A DNA stretch of 64,000 nucleotides. It comes from an uncultured Acidobacteriaceae bacterium. GTDB lineage: Bacteria; Acidobacteriota; Terriglobia; Terriglobales; Acidobacteriaceae. The position numbers and the translations under genes were made by a program. The notes below the pieces were generated by a model, which was given only the letters and a program-made list of their open reading frames with translations, made no database searches and was not told where the DNA came from. The DNA lies in contig CAWJDG010000032.1 in the NCBI GenBank assembly GCA_963841365.1, positions 25,339 through 89,338 on the forward strand. The letters are read 5' to 3'. This document shows positions 21,659 through 31,639 of this stretch, piece by piece; positions within the stretch are counted from its first letter, which is position 1; every line of letters begins with the position of its first letter.

Positions 21659-21715
21659 CCTAAAAATTTAGGTTGACAAATTTCCGCCGCAAAGTCATAC
21701 TCCTATTTGTTTAGG
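21659..21715 (+). promoter_or_regulatory. blaI promoter flanked by two CCTA-N6-TAGG palindromes
   Basis: TTGACA 21673-78, 17 nt, CATACT 21696-701; palindromes at 21659-72 and 21702-15. Confidence 0.7.
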
Positions 21716-21722
21716 AGACACT

Positions 21723-22124
21723 ATGGCAGGACGAAGAAAAGGCGCCATCTCCCTCACCCCCCTCGAACTCAAAATCATGCAGGTTCTTTGGAGCGAGGGA
21801 CCGAGCAATGTGCAGCGCGTCCAGCAGAGCCTGCCGTCCGGTGAGGCCCTCGCCTACAACACCGTCCAGACCATGCTCAACATTCTTCACCGAAAAGGCA
21901 GAGTCCGGCGCAGCCTTGTGGGGCGCGCCTACGTCTATCGCGCAACAGCTTCGCGCGACAAGGTTCTGGGTCAGGCGGTTCGCGATTTCGTCGAGCGAGC
22001 TTTCGGTGGATCGCCGGAAGCGCTCGTGATGAGCCTGGTCAAGAGCCGCCAGGTCGATTTGGAGCGGGTTGCCGAACTAGGCCGAAGGTTCGAGGCCGAG
22101 GAAAGGAGTGAGAAAAGTGAATAG
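21723..22124 (+). CDS. BlaI/MecI/CopY-family repressor
   Basis: LTPLELKIMQVLW, LAYNTVQTMLNILHRKG, GRAYVY. Confidence 0.92.
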   Translation: MAGRRKGAISLTPLELKIMQVLWSEGPSNVQRVQQSLPSGEALAYNTVQTMLNILHRKGRVRRSLVGRAYVYRATASRDKVLGQAVRDFVERAFGGSPEALVMSLVKSRQVDLERVAELGRRFEAEERSEKSE

Positions 22125-23463
22125 CCTTTTCGTTTTTTCGGTTTCTTACCTGGCGAATGCGGTATGGGAAGTTGCCATCATTGTCGCCGCAGGATGGCTG
22201 GCGACCCGTTTGCTTAAACGCCTCGGCCCGCAGGTTGAACACTCCGTTTGGATCTCCACTCTGATGATCGCTGTCGTCACGCCCGCGCTGCCCTTTCTTC
22301 GCACCCTGGCGACATCGCTGATCGTTCCATCGACTGCGGGTCAGCATTCGTCGATCGCTCTCGTCGCTGCCCAAGGCGCCCCGAACTGGCGCCCGGCTTT
22401 CGTTCTTCCCGAAACCATTCTCTGGTCATTCCTGGCTGTCTACGTCTCCGCGATTCTCTACTTTGCCGCCGGCATGCTCACATCTCTTCTCGGCGCTCTA
22501 ACGCTGCTTCGCAGGGCAAAGGCTGCCGCGCTCACTCCAGACCAGGAAGAAATCTGGCGTAACTGCATGCGATCGTTCTCTCTGCGCAATGCGCGGATTC
22601 TGGTGTCATCGAAGGTCTCGGGTCCAGTTGCGCTAAGCTTTGGGAACCCGGCGCTGCTGCTGCCCCCCAATTTTGCCGCCCAATGCGCGCCGCACGACTT
22701 TCTCGCCGCCGTGGCCCACGAATGTGCGCACCTCAAGCGGCGCGACTTCCAGAAAAATCTCTTCTATGAGGCTGTAAGTCTTCCCCTCGTCTTCCACCCG
22801 TTAACGTGGCTGCTCAAATCTCAAATCGCTCAAACGCGCGAGATGATCTGCGACGCTGTGGTCAGCGAACGGCACATGGACTCGCACAGCTACTCCAGGT
22901 CACTGCTGCGCCTCGCAACCATGGTGGCCCTCGCCGCGCGCGTTCCTGCAATTCACCCCATCGGCATCTTCGATGCCAACATTCTGGAGAAACGAATCAT
23001 GAGAATCAACATGAAAAAGCATCGAGTCGGCGCATGGTTGAAGTACGGCCTGCTCTTTCCCGCGGCACTTATTCTGCTTTCCGCAGCGCTTTGCAGTGCG
23101 GCGATGGCAGTTGTCATCGAGCCGCAGTCGTCTGCTAAATCTGCGGACCACGCAAGTCCATACGGGCACGTTTACAAAATTGGCGGAGATGTCAGCGCGC
23201 CGGTTGTGCTCAAGTCCGTCGAAGCCGAATTTCCAAAGTCAGCCCACGACACCAAGGCGGGCTTTTCTGCCATCGTTCTGGTTCACCTCGTTGTGGACGC
23301 CGGCGGAACGCCCCGCGACGTGCACATTCAGCGCTCGTACAACGCCGACTTCGACGCGGAAGCGACCAAAGCTGTGAAACAGTATCAGTTCAAACCGGCG
23401 CTGCACCAGGGGAAGCCGGTCGCCGTTGCAATCACGATAGAAGTGAATTTCAAGAAATACTGA
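22117..23463 (+). CDS. M56 (BlaR1-like) metallopeptidase with C-terminal TonB_C-like domain
   Basis: AHECAHLKRRD, REMICD, LEKRI; C-terminal A.KAVKQYQFKPA...GKPVAV.I.V.F. Confidence 0.88.
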   Translation: MNSLFVFSVSYLANAVWEVAIIVAAGWLATRLLKRLGPQVEHSVWISTLMIAVVTPALPFLRTLATSLIVPSTAGQHSSIALVAAQGAPNWRPAFVLPETILWSFLAVYVSAILYFAAGMLTSLLGALTLLRRAKAAALTPDQEEIWRNCMRSFSLRNARILVSSKVSGPVALSFGNPALLLPPNFAAQCAPHDFLAAVAHECAHLKRRDFQKNLFYEAVSLPLVFHPLTWLLKSQIAQTREMICDAVVSERHMDSHSYSRSLLRLATMVALAARVPAIHPIGIFDANILEKRIMRINMKKHRVGAWLKYGLLFPAALILLSAALCSAAMAVVIEPQSSAKSADHASPYGHVYKIGGDVSAPVVLKSVEAEFPKSAHDTKAGFSAIVLVHLVVDAGGTPRDVHIQRSYNADFDAEATKAVKQYQFKPALHQGKPVAVAITIEVNFKKY

Positions 23464-23478
23464 ATACGCGAGGCACGC

Positions 23479-24069
23479 TTAACCGCGAGCGGGCGGGATA
23501 CACCGCCCGCTCCGCAGCTCCAGAGCAAATCGCGTGTCACGATCGCTCTTCATCTCCCAACCCACTCCGCGAAGCACGCCGCCTTCCACTGCCGTAATCG
23601 TTACGCCTTCGTCCGAAAGCTTTTCCGATTCCCACGCCCGCCCTTCACGTCCCCATGCCAGGATCGAACGGTGGCCGCCAAACAACAGCAAACCCTCCGC
23701 CACCACAGGCCGGATCTCAAACACCGGCCGGTAAGGAATCATCGTGAAGCGTTCCGGCGCTGCGGTGTCGATCAGGTATGCATACCCTCCTGAGACCGCA
23801 CAAATTTCTTCTGGATTAGGAGTCGCCCATAGCCCGGTGGGCGCCGTCTCGTCGCGAAATCCCAGCGCGCATGTCGCCAGGAAAGCCTGCGCATCCAACT
23901 CGCCGGGCCGGACCAGCACCTCCAGAGCTCCGCGTTCCACTTCTTCGGCCTCGCGCGGATAAACGAAATGGCGCTGCGGCAAAATCATCGGCCGCGTCGC
24001 AAGCACTTCGGCCTGCCAGCGATGCGCAAAGCTGAGGTCAACGATGGTCCGGCCTGCCGTCGCAGTCAC
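23479..24069 (-). CDS. Hypothetical protein
   Basis: Coding-like ORF with 4-nt overlap to the upstream phosphatase gene. Confidence 0.7.
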   Translation of the reverse strand: MTATAGRTIVDLSFAHRWQAEVLATRPMILPQRHFVYPREAEEVERGALEVLVRPGELDAQAFLATCALGFRDETAPTGLWATPNPEEICAVSGGYAYLIDTAAPERFTMIPYRPVFEIRPVVAEGLLLFGGHRSILAWGREGRAWESEKLSDEGVTITAVEGGVLRGVGWEMKSDRDTRFALELRSGRCIPPARG

Positions 24070-24572
24070 CCTTCTGCCTTGTACTTGAGAATCCAGCGCC
24101 GCTGCTCCTTGGTGTCGGGTACGTTGCAGCCGCGCGCCGCCTCAATGGCGGCTAGCGCGTCCTTCGCCTTCCAACCGAAATGAATGAGCGTGCATGCCGC
24201 CGTCACCGTCGACCTGCCGATGCTGCCCCGGCAGTGCACGCCGATCCGCTCGCCCTCGCGAAGGCGATCCGCCAAGCCCGCCACAAACATTCTGAAACTA
24301 TCTCTGTCATCCGGCACATGCACGTCGAGAATGGGGTAGGAAAGAAAGTGCATTCCAAGTTCTTCGGCGAGCGGACCTTCTTCGGCTAGGCCAAGCCAAC
24401 GAGCCTCATTCGGTTCCAGCAGCGAAACCAGCGTTTCCACTCCGCCCTGCCTTATGGCCGTCAATTCGTCCTTCAACCACTCGTCTCCCTGCGGCCGCAG
24501 CACAATCGCCATACCTGCGGGCGGCGTTCCTTCGATCCACAAAACACTTTCTACTTGCTCAAACTCCCGCAA
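24066..24572 (-). CDS. Protein tyrosine / dual-specificity phosphatase family
   Basis: CX5R loop VHCRGSIGRS; VPDT..Q. Confidence 0.85.
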   Translation of the reverse strand: MREFEQVESVLWIEGTPPAGMAIVLRPQGDEWLKDELTAIRQGGVETLVSLLEPNEARWLGLAEEGPLAEELGMHFLSYPILDVHVPDDRDSFRMFVAGLADRLREGERIGVHCRGSIGRSTVTAACTLIHFGWKAKDALAAIEAARGCNVPDTKEQRRWILKYKAEG

Positions 24573-25145
24573 ACCGTTCCCCCTGCTCGCTTATACTCTG
24601 TTGCTGGCCCTGTCAGTCTTGATGATAGACGGTAGCTAGGAATCATTGCTTCTGCCGCGCTCCCCGGCCCGTCACGCGCCTCCATGGGCGTCTTGGGGCA
24701 GGTCTCGATCGCGCACTTACGGCGGGAACAGGGCAGGATAAACAACTCCCCTCTCACCCATCGCATCGGAGCAACTGTGTGCTGTTTCTCGCGCTTGACC
24801 ATGGGCGGAGAGACAAATGCGGCAGTTCCAAATTGCGCGCCACACATTGGGCCCCAAGCCGGGGTGGGGCTCGGCAGTTTCCTCTGGGAGCGACAAATTT
24901 TTCGCGTCCCCGGGGTTTCTGCCGGTTTCATTTGGCCCTCCCCAGAGCACTTTCGGGAAGCAAGTCGGCGGCTCTTGAGAACCGTCGGCTTGCAACTCGA
25001 ACCGCAACTCGATCTCGAGCGGCCCTCGACGCGCGCACCATCCCGGGCAACACACTCCTGCTCATAAACCCTTGCAAAGATGCGAGAATGGCAGTATGGA
25101 CCGGCTCGTGTTTCCCTCAGATCCGGTGCGAGGGGCCTCGCTATC

Positions 25146-25967
25146 ATGCTGCGCGTCTTATCGACTCATCTCTTTCTGAACCATCGCCTGCACCCAGGCC
25201 TGCTTGAGCTTGCCAGTCGTTCCGGCGCGCAGGCGATCGAGATCTTTGCCGCCCGCCGACACTTTGACTACACCAGCCGCGAGCATGTGGCCGAGCTGGC
25301 TGAGTGGTTCCGTTCCAACTCTCTTGAGGCCTTCTCCATGCACGCCCCGCTTTATCCCGACCGCGAGATGGGCCGCGCCGGCGCTCCCGGAGTAAATGTC
25401 TTGCACCCGGAAAAGGCTCGCCGCATTGATGCCATGGACGAAATCAAACGCGCGCTTGAATCCGCCGAGCACATCCCATTCCGCCACCTTGTCGTCCATC
25501 TTGGCGAGCGAAACGATACGTGGTCGCCGCGTACCATCGAGTTCGCGCACACCGCACTCGAACACTTGGGCGCCTTTGCTCGCCCGCTCGGCGTCCGCCT
25601 GCTGGTTGAAAACCTGCTCAGCGAAGCCACAACTCCCGATCACCTTGCCCTCATTCTTGAATTAGGGCACCTGGACAGTATCGGCGTCTGTCTCGATCTC
25701 GGTCACGCGAACATCACCGTCGGTACTGTCGAAGCAATCGCAAGTCTAGGCAGCCGCATAGCCTCCGTGCATGTTCACGATAACCATGGTGCAAAGGACG
25801 AGCACTTGTGGCCTGGCGACGGCACCATTGACTGGCCGGCCACCATTGAAGCCCTCAAAGCACTCTCAACCGCTCCCGCAACCGTCCTTGAAATCAGCCA
25901 CACGGTCCCCGATGACGCCGCGGCATTGCCCGCCAGAATTGAGCAGTCCTTCGCGCTTTTCGATTGA
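25146..25967 (+). CDS. Sugar-phosphate isomerase/epimerase (AP endonuclease 2 TIM barrel)
   Basis: SMHAP, LLVEN, CLDLGHA, VHVHDNHGAKDEHLWPGDG. Confidence 0.85.
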   Translation: MLRVLSTHLFLNHRLHPGLLELASRSGAQAIEIFAARRHFDYTSREHVAELAEWFRSNSLEAFSMHAPLYPDREMGRAGAPGVNVLHPEKARRIDAMDEIKRALESAEHIPFRHLVVHLGERNDTWSPRTIEFAHTALEHLGAFARPLGVRLLVENLLSEATTPDHLALILELGHLDSIGVCLDLGHANITVGTVEAIASLGSRIASVHVHDNHGAKDEHLWPGDGTIDWPATIEALKALSTAPATVLEISHTVPDDAAALPARIEQSFALFD

Positions 25968-25989
25968 GGGTTCGCCGCGCGAAGGCTTC

Positions 25990-27066
25990 TTAACAGATGC
26001 GCGGCAACTGCTCGCCGATCATCGTAGGAATTACGCGGTTCGCACCCATCGCGGTGCGCGCCACCAGCATGTGCTTGTGCTCGGTCGTCACCTGGCCGAT
26101 GCGCGCCGCTTCGCGGCCCAGCGGATGCCCGCGCAGCGCCACGAGCACTCGCTCCGCCGCTTCGGGCGCGACGAAAAATACCGCCTTACCCTCGTTAGCC
26201 ACATAGACCGGATCGAGCCCGAGCAGCTCGCAGGCCGACTGCACCTCAGTCCGCACTGGGAGGCTCGATTCGTCAATCACGATGCCCACATCGGATGCCT
26301 GTGCAATCTCGTTGAGTGTTGATGCCAGCCCTCCGCGCGTGGGATCGCGCATGGCGTGCACCGCGACGCCGGCTGCAGCCAGCACATCCGCGATCATCCC
26401 GTTCAGCGCGGCGCAATCCGATCGGATCTGGCTCTGAAACTCCAGGCCCTCCCGCACGCTCATGATCGCCATTCCGTGGTCGCCGATGGTTCCCGAGACG
26501 ATCACCGCATCTCCGGGCTGCGCGCGGTGCGGGCCCACCTGAATTCCCGGTCGCAGCACCCCGATGCCTGCAGTGGTGATGTAGCAGCCGTCGCCATGCC
26601 CGCGTTCCACAACCTTCGTATCGCCGGTCACGATCTGTACGCCTGCAGTGGCCGCTGCCTTCGACATCGCGTCCACAATCGCGGCCAGTTGCGCCAACGA
26701 AAAGCCCTCTTCCAGAATGAAGCTCGCGCTCAGAAACTTCGGCTCCGCGCCGGAGACCGCCAGATCGTTCACTGTCCCATTCACTGCCAGCTCGCCAATC
26801 GATCCGCCGGGAAAGAACAGTGGCTGCACCACAAACGAGTCTGTGCTCAGCGCCAATCGCGTTCCCGCCGCTTCAAGCACGGCCGCGTCGCCCAGGTTTT
26901 CGAGAGCAGGATTGCGAAATGCCGGCAGAAAAAGATGCTCGACCAATTCGGTGCCGAGCTTCCCGCCGCCGCCGTGGCCCATCACGATGGTCGGGTAGTC
27001 GGCCAGGGGTAACGGGCAGGTCCACTTGGAAAAGTCGGGTGCCGCGGCCGAAGCATTCTCAGGCAT
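25990..27066 (-). CDS. hypE: Hydrogenase maturation carbamoyl dehydratase
   Basis: [21 protein letters not shown]-terminal PRIC. Confidence 0.96.
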   Translation of the reverse strand: MPENASAAAPDFSKWTCPLPLADYPTIVMGHGGGGKLGTELVEHLFLPAFRNPALENLGDAAVLEAAGTRLALSTDSFVVQPLFFPGGSIGELAVNGTVNDLAVSGAEPKFLSASFILEEGFSLAQLAAIVDAMSKAAATAGVQIVTGDTKVVERGHGDGCYITTAGIGVLRPGIQVGPHRAQPGDAVIVSGTIGDHGMAIMSVREGLEFQSQIRSDCAALNGMIADVLAAAGVAVHAMRDPTRGGLASTLNEIAQASDVGIVIDESSLPVRTEVQSACELLGLDPVYVANEGKAVFFVAPEAAERVLVALRGHPLGREAARIGQVTTEHKHMLVARTAMGANRVIPTMIGEQLPRIC

Positions 27067-28213
27067 GTGCCGCTCCGGCCAAATCTTTGCTTAGCGCCGA
27101 ACCCGCACCCGCCAGCTCTTCGGCCGAAAGGAATCTACCGTAGTTGTAATACGCCGCGCACGCGCCTTCGCTTGAAACCATCGTCGCGCCCAGCGGATGC
27201 CGCGGCGTGCACTCTTTTCCAAATGCCGGGCACTCGGCGGGCTTCATCACGCCCCGCAGCACCTCTCCGGAGTGGCACAAGGCCGACTCCTGCGTGTGGA
27301 TGCCGGTGATCTTGAATCGCAATTCCGCGTCAAATTCGCGATAGTCGTCATTCAGCCGCCAGCCGCTCTTCGGAATCACGCCGATACCACGCCACGCGCG
27401 ATCCGTCACCTCAAAAACTTCGCCCAGAAGCTTCTGCGCGGCGCGATTTCCTTCGAACGTCACCACGCGGCTATACGCGTTCTCCACTTCATGACGTCCG
27501 GCCTCGAGCTGGATCACCGTCCTCCGGATTCCGTCGAGCAAATCCAAGGGCTCAAAACCCGTGACCACAATCGGCACGCCAAACTTCTCTGCCAGCGGCG
27601 GATACTCCCAGTAGCCCATCACGCTGCACACATGGCCGGCGGCCAGAAATCCATCAATCTTGTTGCCGGGTGCCTGAAGGATTGCCGCAATCGCGGGCGG
27701 CACCAGCACATGCGACACGAGCAGAGAAAAATTCTTCAATCCGCGCCGCTTGGCCAGATGCACGCTCATGGCATTGGCTGGTGCGGTCGTCTCAAATCCC
27801 ACGCCGAAGAAGACCACTTGTTTGTCGGGATTTTTGACTGCCAGCTCCACCGCGTCCAACGGCGAATACACCACCCGCACGTCGCCGCCGCGGCCCTTCA
27901 CTTGAAACAGGTCGCTGTCGGTGCCTGGAACGCGCAGCATGTCGCCGAAGGAGCAGAAAATCACGCCAGGCTGCGCGGCGATCGCGAGCGCCTTGTCAAT
28001 CAGCTCCAGCGGCGTAACGCAAACCGGGCATCCTGGCCCGTGAATCATCTCGATATTGGCCGGTAACATCTGGTCGATGCCATTCTTGATAATGGAGTGC
28101 GTTTGCCCGCCGCACACTTCCATGATCTTCCACGGTCGCGTTGCCACTTGATGAATCTCGCGCGCCAGCGCTCGAGCGATCTCGCCGTTGCGAAACTCGG
28201 TGAGGTACTTCAT
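27059..28213 (-). CDS. hypD: Hydrogenase maturation protein
   Basis: [33 protein letters not shown]. Confidence 0.96.
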   Translation of the reverse strand: MKYLTEFRNGEIARALAREIHQVATRPWKIMEVCGGQTHSIIKNGIDQMLPANIEMIHGPGCPVCVTPLELIDKALAIAAQPGVIFCSFGDMLRVPGTDSDLFQVKGRGGDVRVVYSPLDAVELAVKNPDKQVVFFGVGFETTAPANAMSVHLAKRRGLKNFSLLVSHVLVPPAIAAILQAPGNKIDGFLAAGHVCSVMGYWEYPPLAEKFGVPIVVTGFEPLDLLDGIRRTVIQLEAGRHEVENAYSRVVTFEGNRAAQKLLGEVFEVTDRAWRGIGVIPKSGWRLNDDYREFDAELRFKITGIHTQESALCHSGEVLRGVMKPAECPAFGKECTPRHPLGATMVSSEGACAAYYNYGRFLSAEELAGAGSALSKDLAGAAHA

Positions 28214-28539
28214 TCCCCGGAACTCCCGCCGGAGCAACTTCCGTCAGGGCATGGCGATTGTTTCGCATTGGCAGCGCGCGCAAATGCCTCTTCCTCGCTG
28301 CCCAACTCCTCGTCGAGCATGCCGAGCGCGCGGAAGTCGGCGAGCGTTTGCTCGGCAGTTTCCACGTCGATCTTCGAAATGGCAAAGCCAACGTGGACAA
28401 TCGTGTAATCGCCCACTTCGACTTCGGGCACGTAGTCGAGGCATACGTTCTTGACCACGCCGCCGAAGTTCACTCTGCCCACACGGATCAACCCGTCGGA
28501 GGTAATCTCTTCCACTTTTCCTGGTATCGCCAGACACAT
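28210..28539 (-). CDS. hypC: Hydrogenase assembly chaperone
   Basis: [19 protein letters not shown]; ATGA overlap with hypD. Confidence 0.95.
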   Translation of the reverse strand: MCLAIPGKVEEITSDGLIRVGRVNFGGVVKNVCLDYVPEVEVGDYTIVHVGFAISKIDVETAEQTLADFRALGMLDEELGSEEEAFARAANAKQSPCPDGSCSGGSSGE

Positions 28540-29083
28540 AGCAACCTTCTTATACCTCGGGGGAGCACTGGTCAAATGTGATTTGGATCACCTGCAACCT
28601 GCGAGGCAGGTCAGCACGGCGGCGCGCGCAGTTTCACAGTTCCACAGTTGCGTTTCGGTTGAGGGGACACCGGCTTGCAGAGGAGACGACAGTCGCACAG
28701 TTTCACAGGGGGCACCCCCCCTCCCCTTTTTGGGGCCAAGTGCTTTCCTTTCAACGGCTTGTGGGTTTGATCTCTGGCTGCAACCCGATGACACCAAAGG
28801 GGTTAGACCGTAAAATTCGAATCTAAAGGACTTACGAGACGTTTTCGGGCCATTTCCCGGTTCCGTTGGTGTTTTTCACTTGGAAACCGGGTTCGAAGCG
28901 GATTGTCACCGCCCGGAAGATGGCCCGGATGAACGCCTATGAAATGATTGTGCGCCAAGAGCGATTAATTGACTGCAAACGGAAAGCCCAGGGACATAGG
29001 GACTTACGGAGATAGGGACTAGACAGGCGAGCAGTTGGATAACGGAGTTAGCGGCGTTAGCTGAGCCAGTTTAGGTGCGGACG

Positions 29084-29809
29084 CTAGTCCGAAACCATCA
29101 CTTCGCCCGGCAGAATGGGCCGTGTGCGGGGGAGCTTGCCGCTATACGACATCAATCCCATCTCCACCAATACCCCAACGAAGACAATCAGCTTGAGCCA
29201 ATTACCGGATTCAGTCGAGATCGAGGTGTGAGGAAGAACCTTCCATAGCACCAGGCCAGCGGTATGCGCAGCGGCCACTGCCCAAACAGAACCGTAGAAA
29301 TATCGCCGCTCGCTGCCCTCGCCTTTCGTGGACGGTCCCACGCGTGGGAGCTTGCCGAGTATCCCCAGAAACAGAATGAGCGCGCAGAGCGGAGAGTAGG
29401 TGTAGAGATAGAGTTGCTTCATCCGCCACACCCCTTTCACCACGGCGGTCAGTAGCCCGGCCAGGTTAATCAGCGTGTAAGTGATCACCGCGTTCCACGC
29501 AAAGGTATAGCAAATGCGACGGTAAAGCGGATTGGGCTTGTCCTCGTCGAAGCGCAGAATGTAAGGCGCTGGCTCAACGCCCGGCAACTGGCCGTACAGC
29601 CCGGCAACGCCGGTGCCAACGAGAACCGCTGCCAACCATGCCCAGTTTGCCCAATGGAGCCCGTGAGCAAACAGGCCAAAGGTGAGCGGCCCAGGCGCCA
29701 GGAAAAAAACCCAAATCCAGATAGGCCAATGTGCCAGCCGGTATAAGCGCTTGTTGCGGACGCGAAGCTTGCGCTCGGCGGCGTATTCAATCTTTCCCGT
29801 GTACCCCAT
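29084..29809 (-). CDS. Hypothetical multi-pass membrane protein
   Basis: About six hydrophobic segments; coding-like. Confidence 0.75.
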   Translation of the reverse strand: MGYTGKIEYAAERKLRVRNKRLYRLAHWPIWIWVFFLAPGPLTFGLFAHGLHWANWAWLAAVLVGTGVAGLYGQLPGVEPAPYILRFDEDKPNPLYRRICYTFAWNAVITYTLINLAGLLTAVVKGVWRMKQLYLYTYSPLCALILFLGILGKLPRVGPSTKGEGSERRYFYGSVWAVAAAHTAGLVLWKVLPHTSISTESGNWLKLIVFVGVLVEMGLMSYSGKLPRTRPILPGEVMVSD

Positions 29810-29886
29810 TGGGGTGAGTCTCGCAGAGCAGATATGAACGAGTCAACCCTTGCCTCTGGTAGTCGTTTCCGTGAGGCGCAGCTCGC

Positions 29887-30795
29887 CTATTGCCGCACGA
29901 AATCCACCACCTTCGGCCCCATCTCGCTGGCGCATTGCAACGGCGCCAGATGTCCGCAGCCGGCGACGACGTCCAGCTCGGATTGGGGAACGAGCCGATG
30001 GATTGTCTCTGCCTGATCCAGCGGCACAATCCTGTCGAGAGAACCCCACAGGATGAGCACCGGCATCTTGAGTTGCGGCAGCATTTTGTCGGTCACATCC
30101 TGGGCAGTCATCATGGTTGCCAGCGCCCGCTTCACCACCCAGCCATTTTTTTGCGAGAGGCGCAGAATGTCGCGCGCCACATAGGAGGGAACCCGCGGCG
30201 GGTCCGGCATCAGTAAAGCATCGAGTTGGTCAAGCTGGGCGGCTGTCATTGGAGTGAACAGCCCGGTATCCCAATTCGGCTTCACGTCCAATCCCACCGC
30301 ATCAAAAAGCATCAAACGCGTGACTCTTTCCGGATGCTCCGTCGCAGCCAGCTCCACAATCCACGCGCCCATTGACCAGCCACCGAGATCCACCTGCTTC
30401 AACCCCAGCGCATCCATGAAGCCCATTACCACCCCGGCCTCGTCGCGCACGGAATAGGAAAAATCCACCGGCTTCGCGCTTCGCCCGTATCCCAGCAGGT
30501 CAGGGATGTAGACGCGAAAGCCCGCCCCGGCCAGATACGGCGCCAGATTGCGCCAGTCCTCGGCGCTGCCACCCAGCCCGTGCACCAGCACTACTACCGG
30601 CCCGCTCCCCGGTCCCTCAGCAAGGTAATGCACGCGATACCCCTCAACCTGCACCGTGAGGCTTTCCACTCCCGAGAGATCTTCGTTCAAGTACATCAGT
30701 GCGTTGAAGTAGCTCACCGGGCGCATAAGGAATCCGATCCCCACGATCGCTGCCAGCACGATCGCGACCCAGAGCACCCTTTTTGCCAACTTCAT
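29887..30795 (-). CDS. Alpha/beta hydrolase
   Basis: LVHGLGG, GWSMG nucleophile elbow, GCGH. Confidence 0.9.
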   Translation of the reverse strand: MKLAKRVLWVAIVLAAIVGIGFLMRPVSYFNALMYLNEDLSGVESLTVQVEGYRVHYLAEGPGSGPVVVLVHGLGGSAEDWRNLAPYLAGAGFRVYIPDLLGYGRSAKPVDFSYSVRDEAGVVMGFMDALGLKQVDLGGWSMGAWIVELAATEHPERVTRLMLFDAVGLDVKPNWDTGLFTPMTAAQLDQLDALLMPDPPRVPSYVARDILRLSQKNGWVVKRALATMMTAQDVTDKMLPQLKMPVLILWGSLDRIVPLDQAETIHRLVPQSELDVVAGCGHLAPLQCASEMGPKVVDFVRQ

Positions 30796-31262
30796 CTTTC
30801 TACCTTCTTTCCCATTGCCTGCGCCCTTTGCCAGCCTTTTTCAATCACCCGCACCGTCACCGGATCCACAATCAGGGCGCTATGGCTATTCCATTCCGCG
30901 CGTTCCACCCAGCGTGCCGCGTCCGCATCCGACGCCGCGCACAGTTCTCCGCCGGTCACGCGGCACAGGTAATCGGCGATGACATAGTGGTAGCGGACGC
31001 GCTCACCTTCGCGGTGAATCCGGTCAAGAATCTCGATCAGTTCGATTGGTTCCACTTCCAGGCCGGTCTCTTCCCTCACTTCGCGCACAACGCCCTCGGT
31101 GAGCGCCTCGCCCACCTCCAACATGCCTCCGGGCAGCGTCCAATGGCCTTTTAACGGCTCGCTTCCGCGCCGCACAAGAAGCACCCGGCCCTCCTGCTCT
31201 ACCACCGCGCCAACGGCCAGCAGGGGAGCCTGCGGAAACTCGCGTTGCAGCTTGCTTTCCAT
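30792..31262 (-). CDS. NUDIX hydrolase
   Basis: Nudix box GGMLEVGEALTEGVVREVREETGL. Confidence 0.93.
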   Translation of the reverse strand: MESKLQREFPQAPLLAVGAVVEQEGRVLLVRRGSEPLKGHWTLPGGMLEVGEALTEGVVREVREETGLEVEPIELIEILDRIHREGERVRYHYVIADYLCRVTGGELCAASDADAARWVERAEWNSHSALIVDPVTVRVIEKGWQRAQAMGKKVER

Positions 31263-31369
31263 GTCCTACGCCTTTCTTTCACATTGCGTGGGCGTTTTCT
31301 GGATTCACGGTCCGCTCCCGAATCCCTCTTAGCCCGCTATCATCAAATAAACACCAGAGGGAGATAAGA

Positions 31370-31591
31370 ATGCCCGAGTTCATGCTGAAAATCGACGGAA
31401 TGCACTGCGCCTCGTGTGTGCGCCGCGCGAGCCAGGCGCTTGCGGCCACTCCTGGCATCGTGGTGAATGAAGTCACTGTGGGAACGGCCAAGCTCAGTTC
31501 ATCGGAGCCACCCGCTCCCGCCGATAACGCCATCGACCTCGCCATCGCCGCTCTCGCCAAAGTTGGCTACAGCGCGCATCTGGAATCATAA
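31370..31591 (+). CDS. copZ: Heavy-metal-associated (CopZ-like) chaperone
   Basis: GMHCASC; SD GAGGGAG. Confidence 0.85.
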   Translation: MPEFMLKIDGMHCASCVRRASQALAATPGIVVNEVTVGTAKLSSSEPPAPADNAIDLAIAALAKVGYSAHLES

Positions 31592-31639
31592 CGCTCGAAA
31601 TCTGGCCGCATCGTACACTGGCCTTACGCTGGACCCCAT

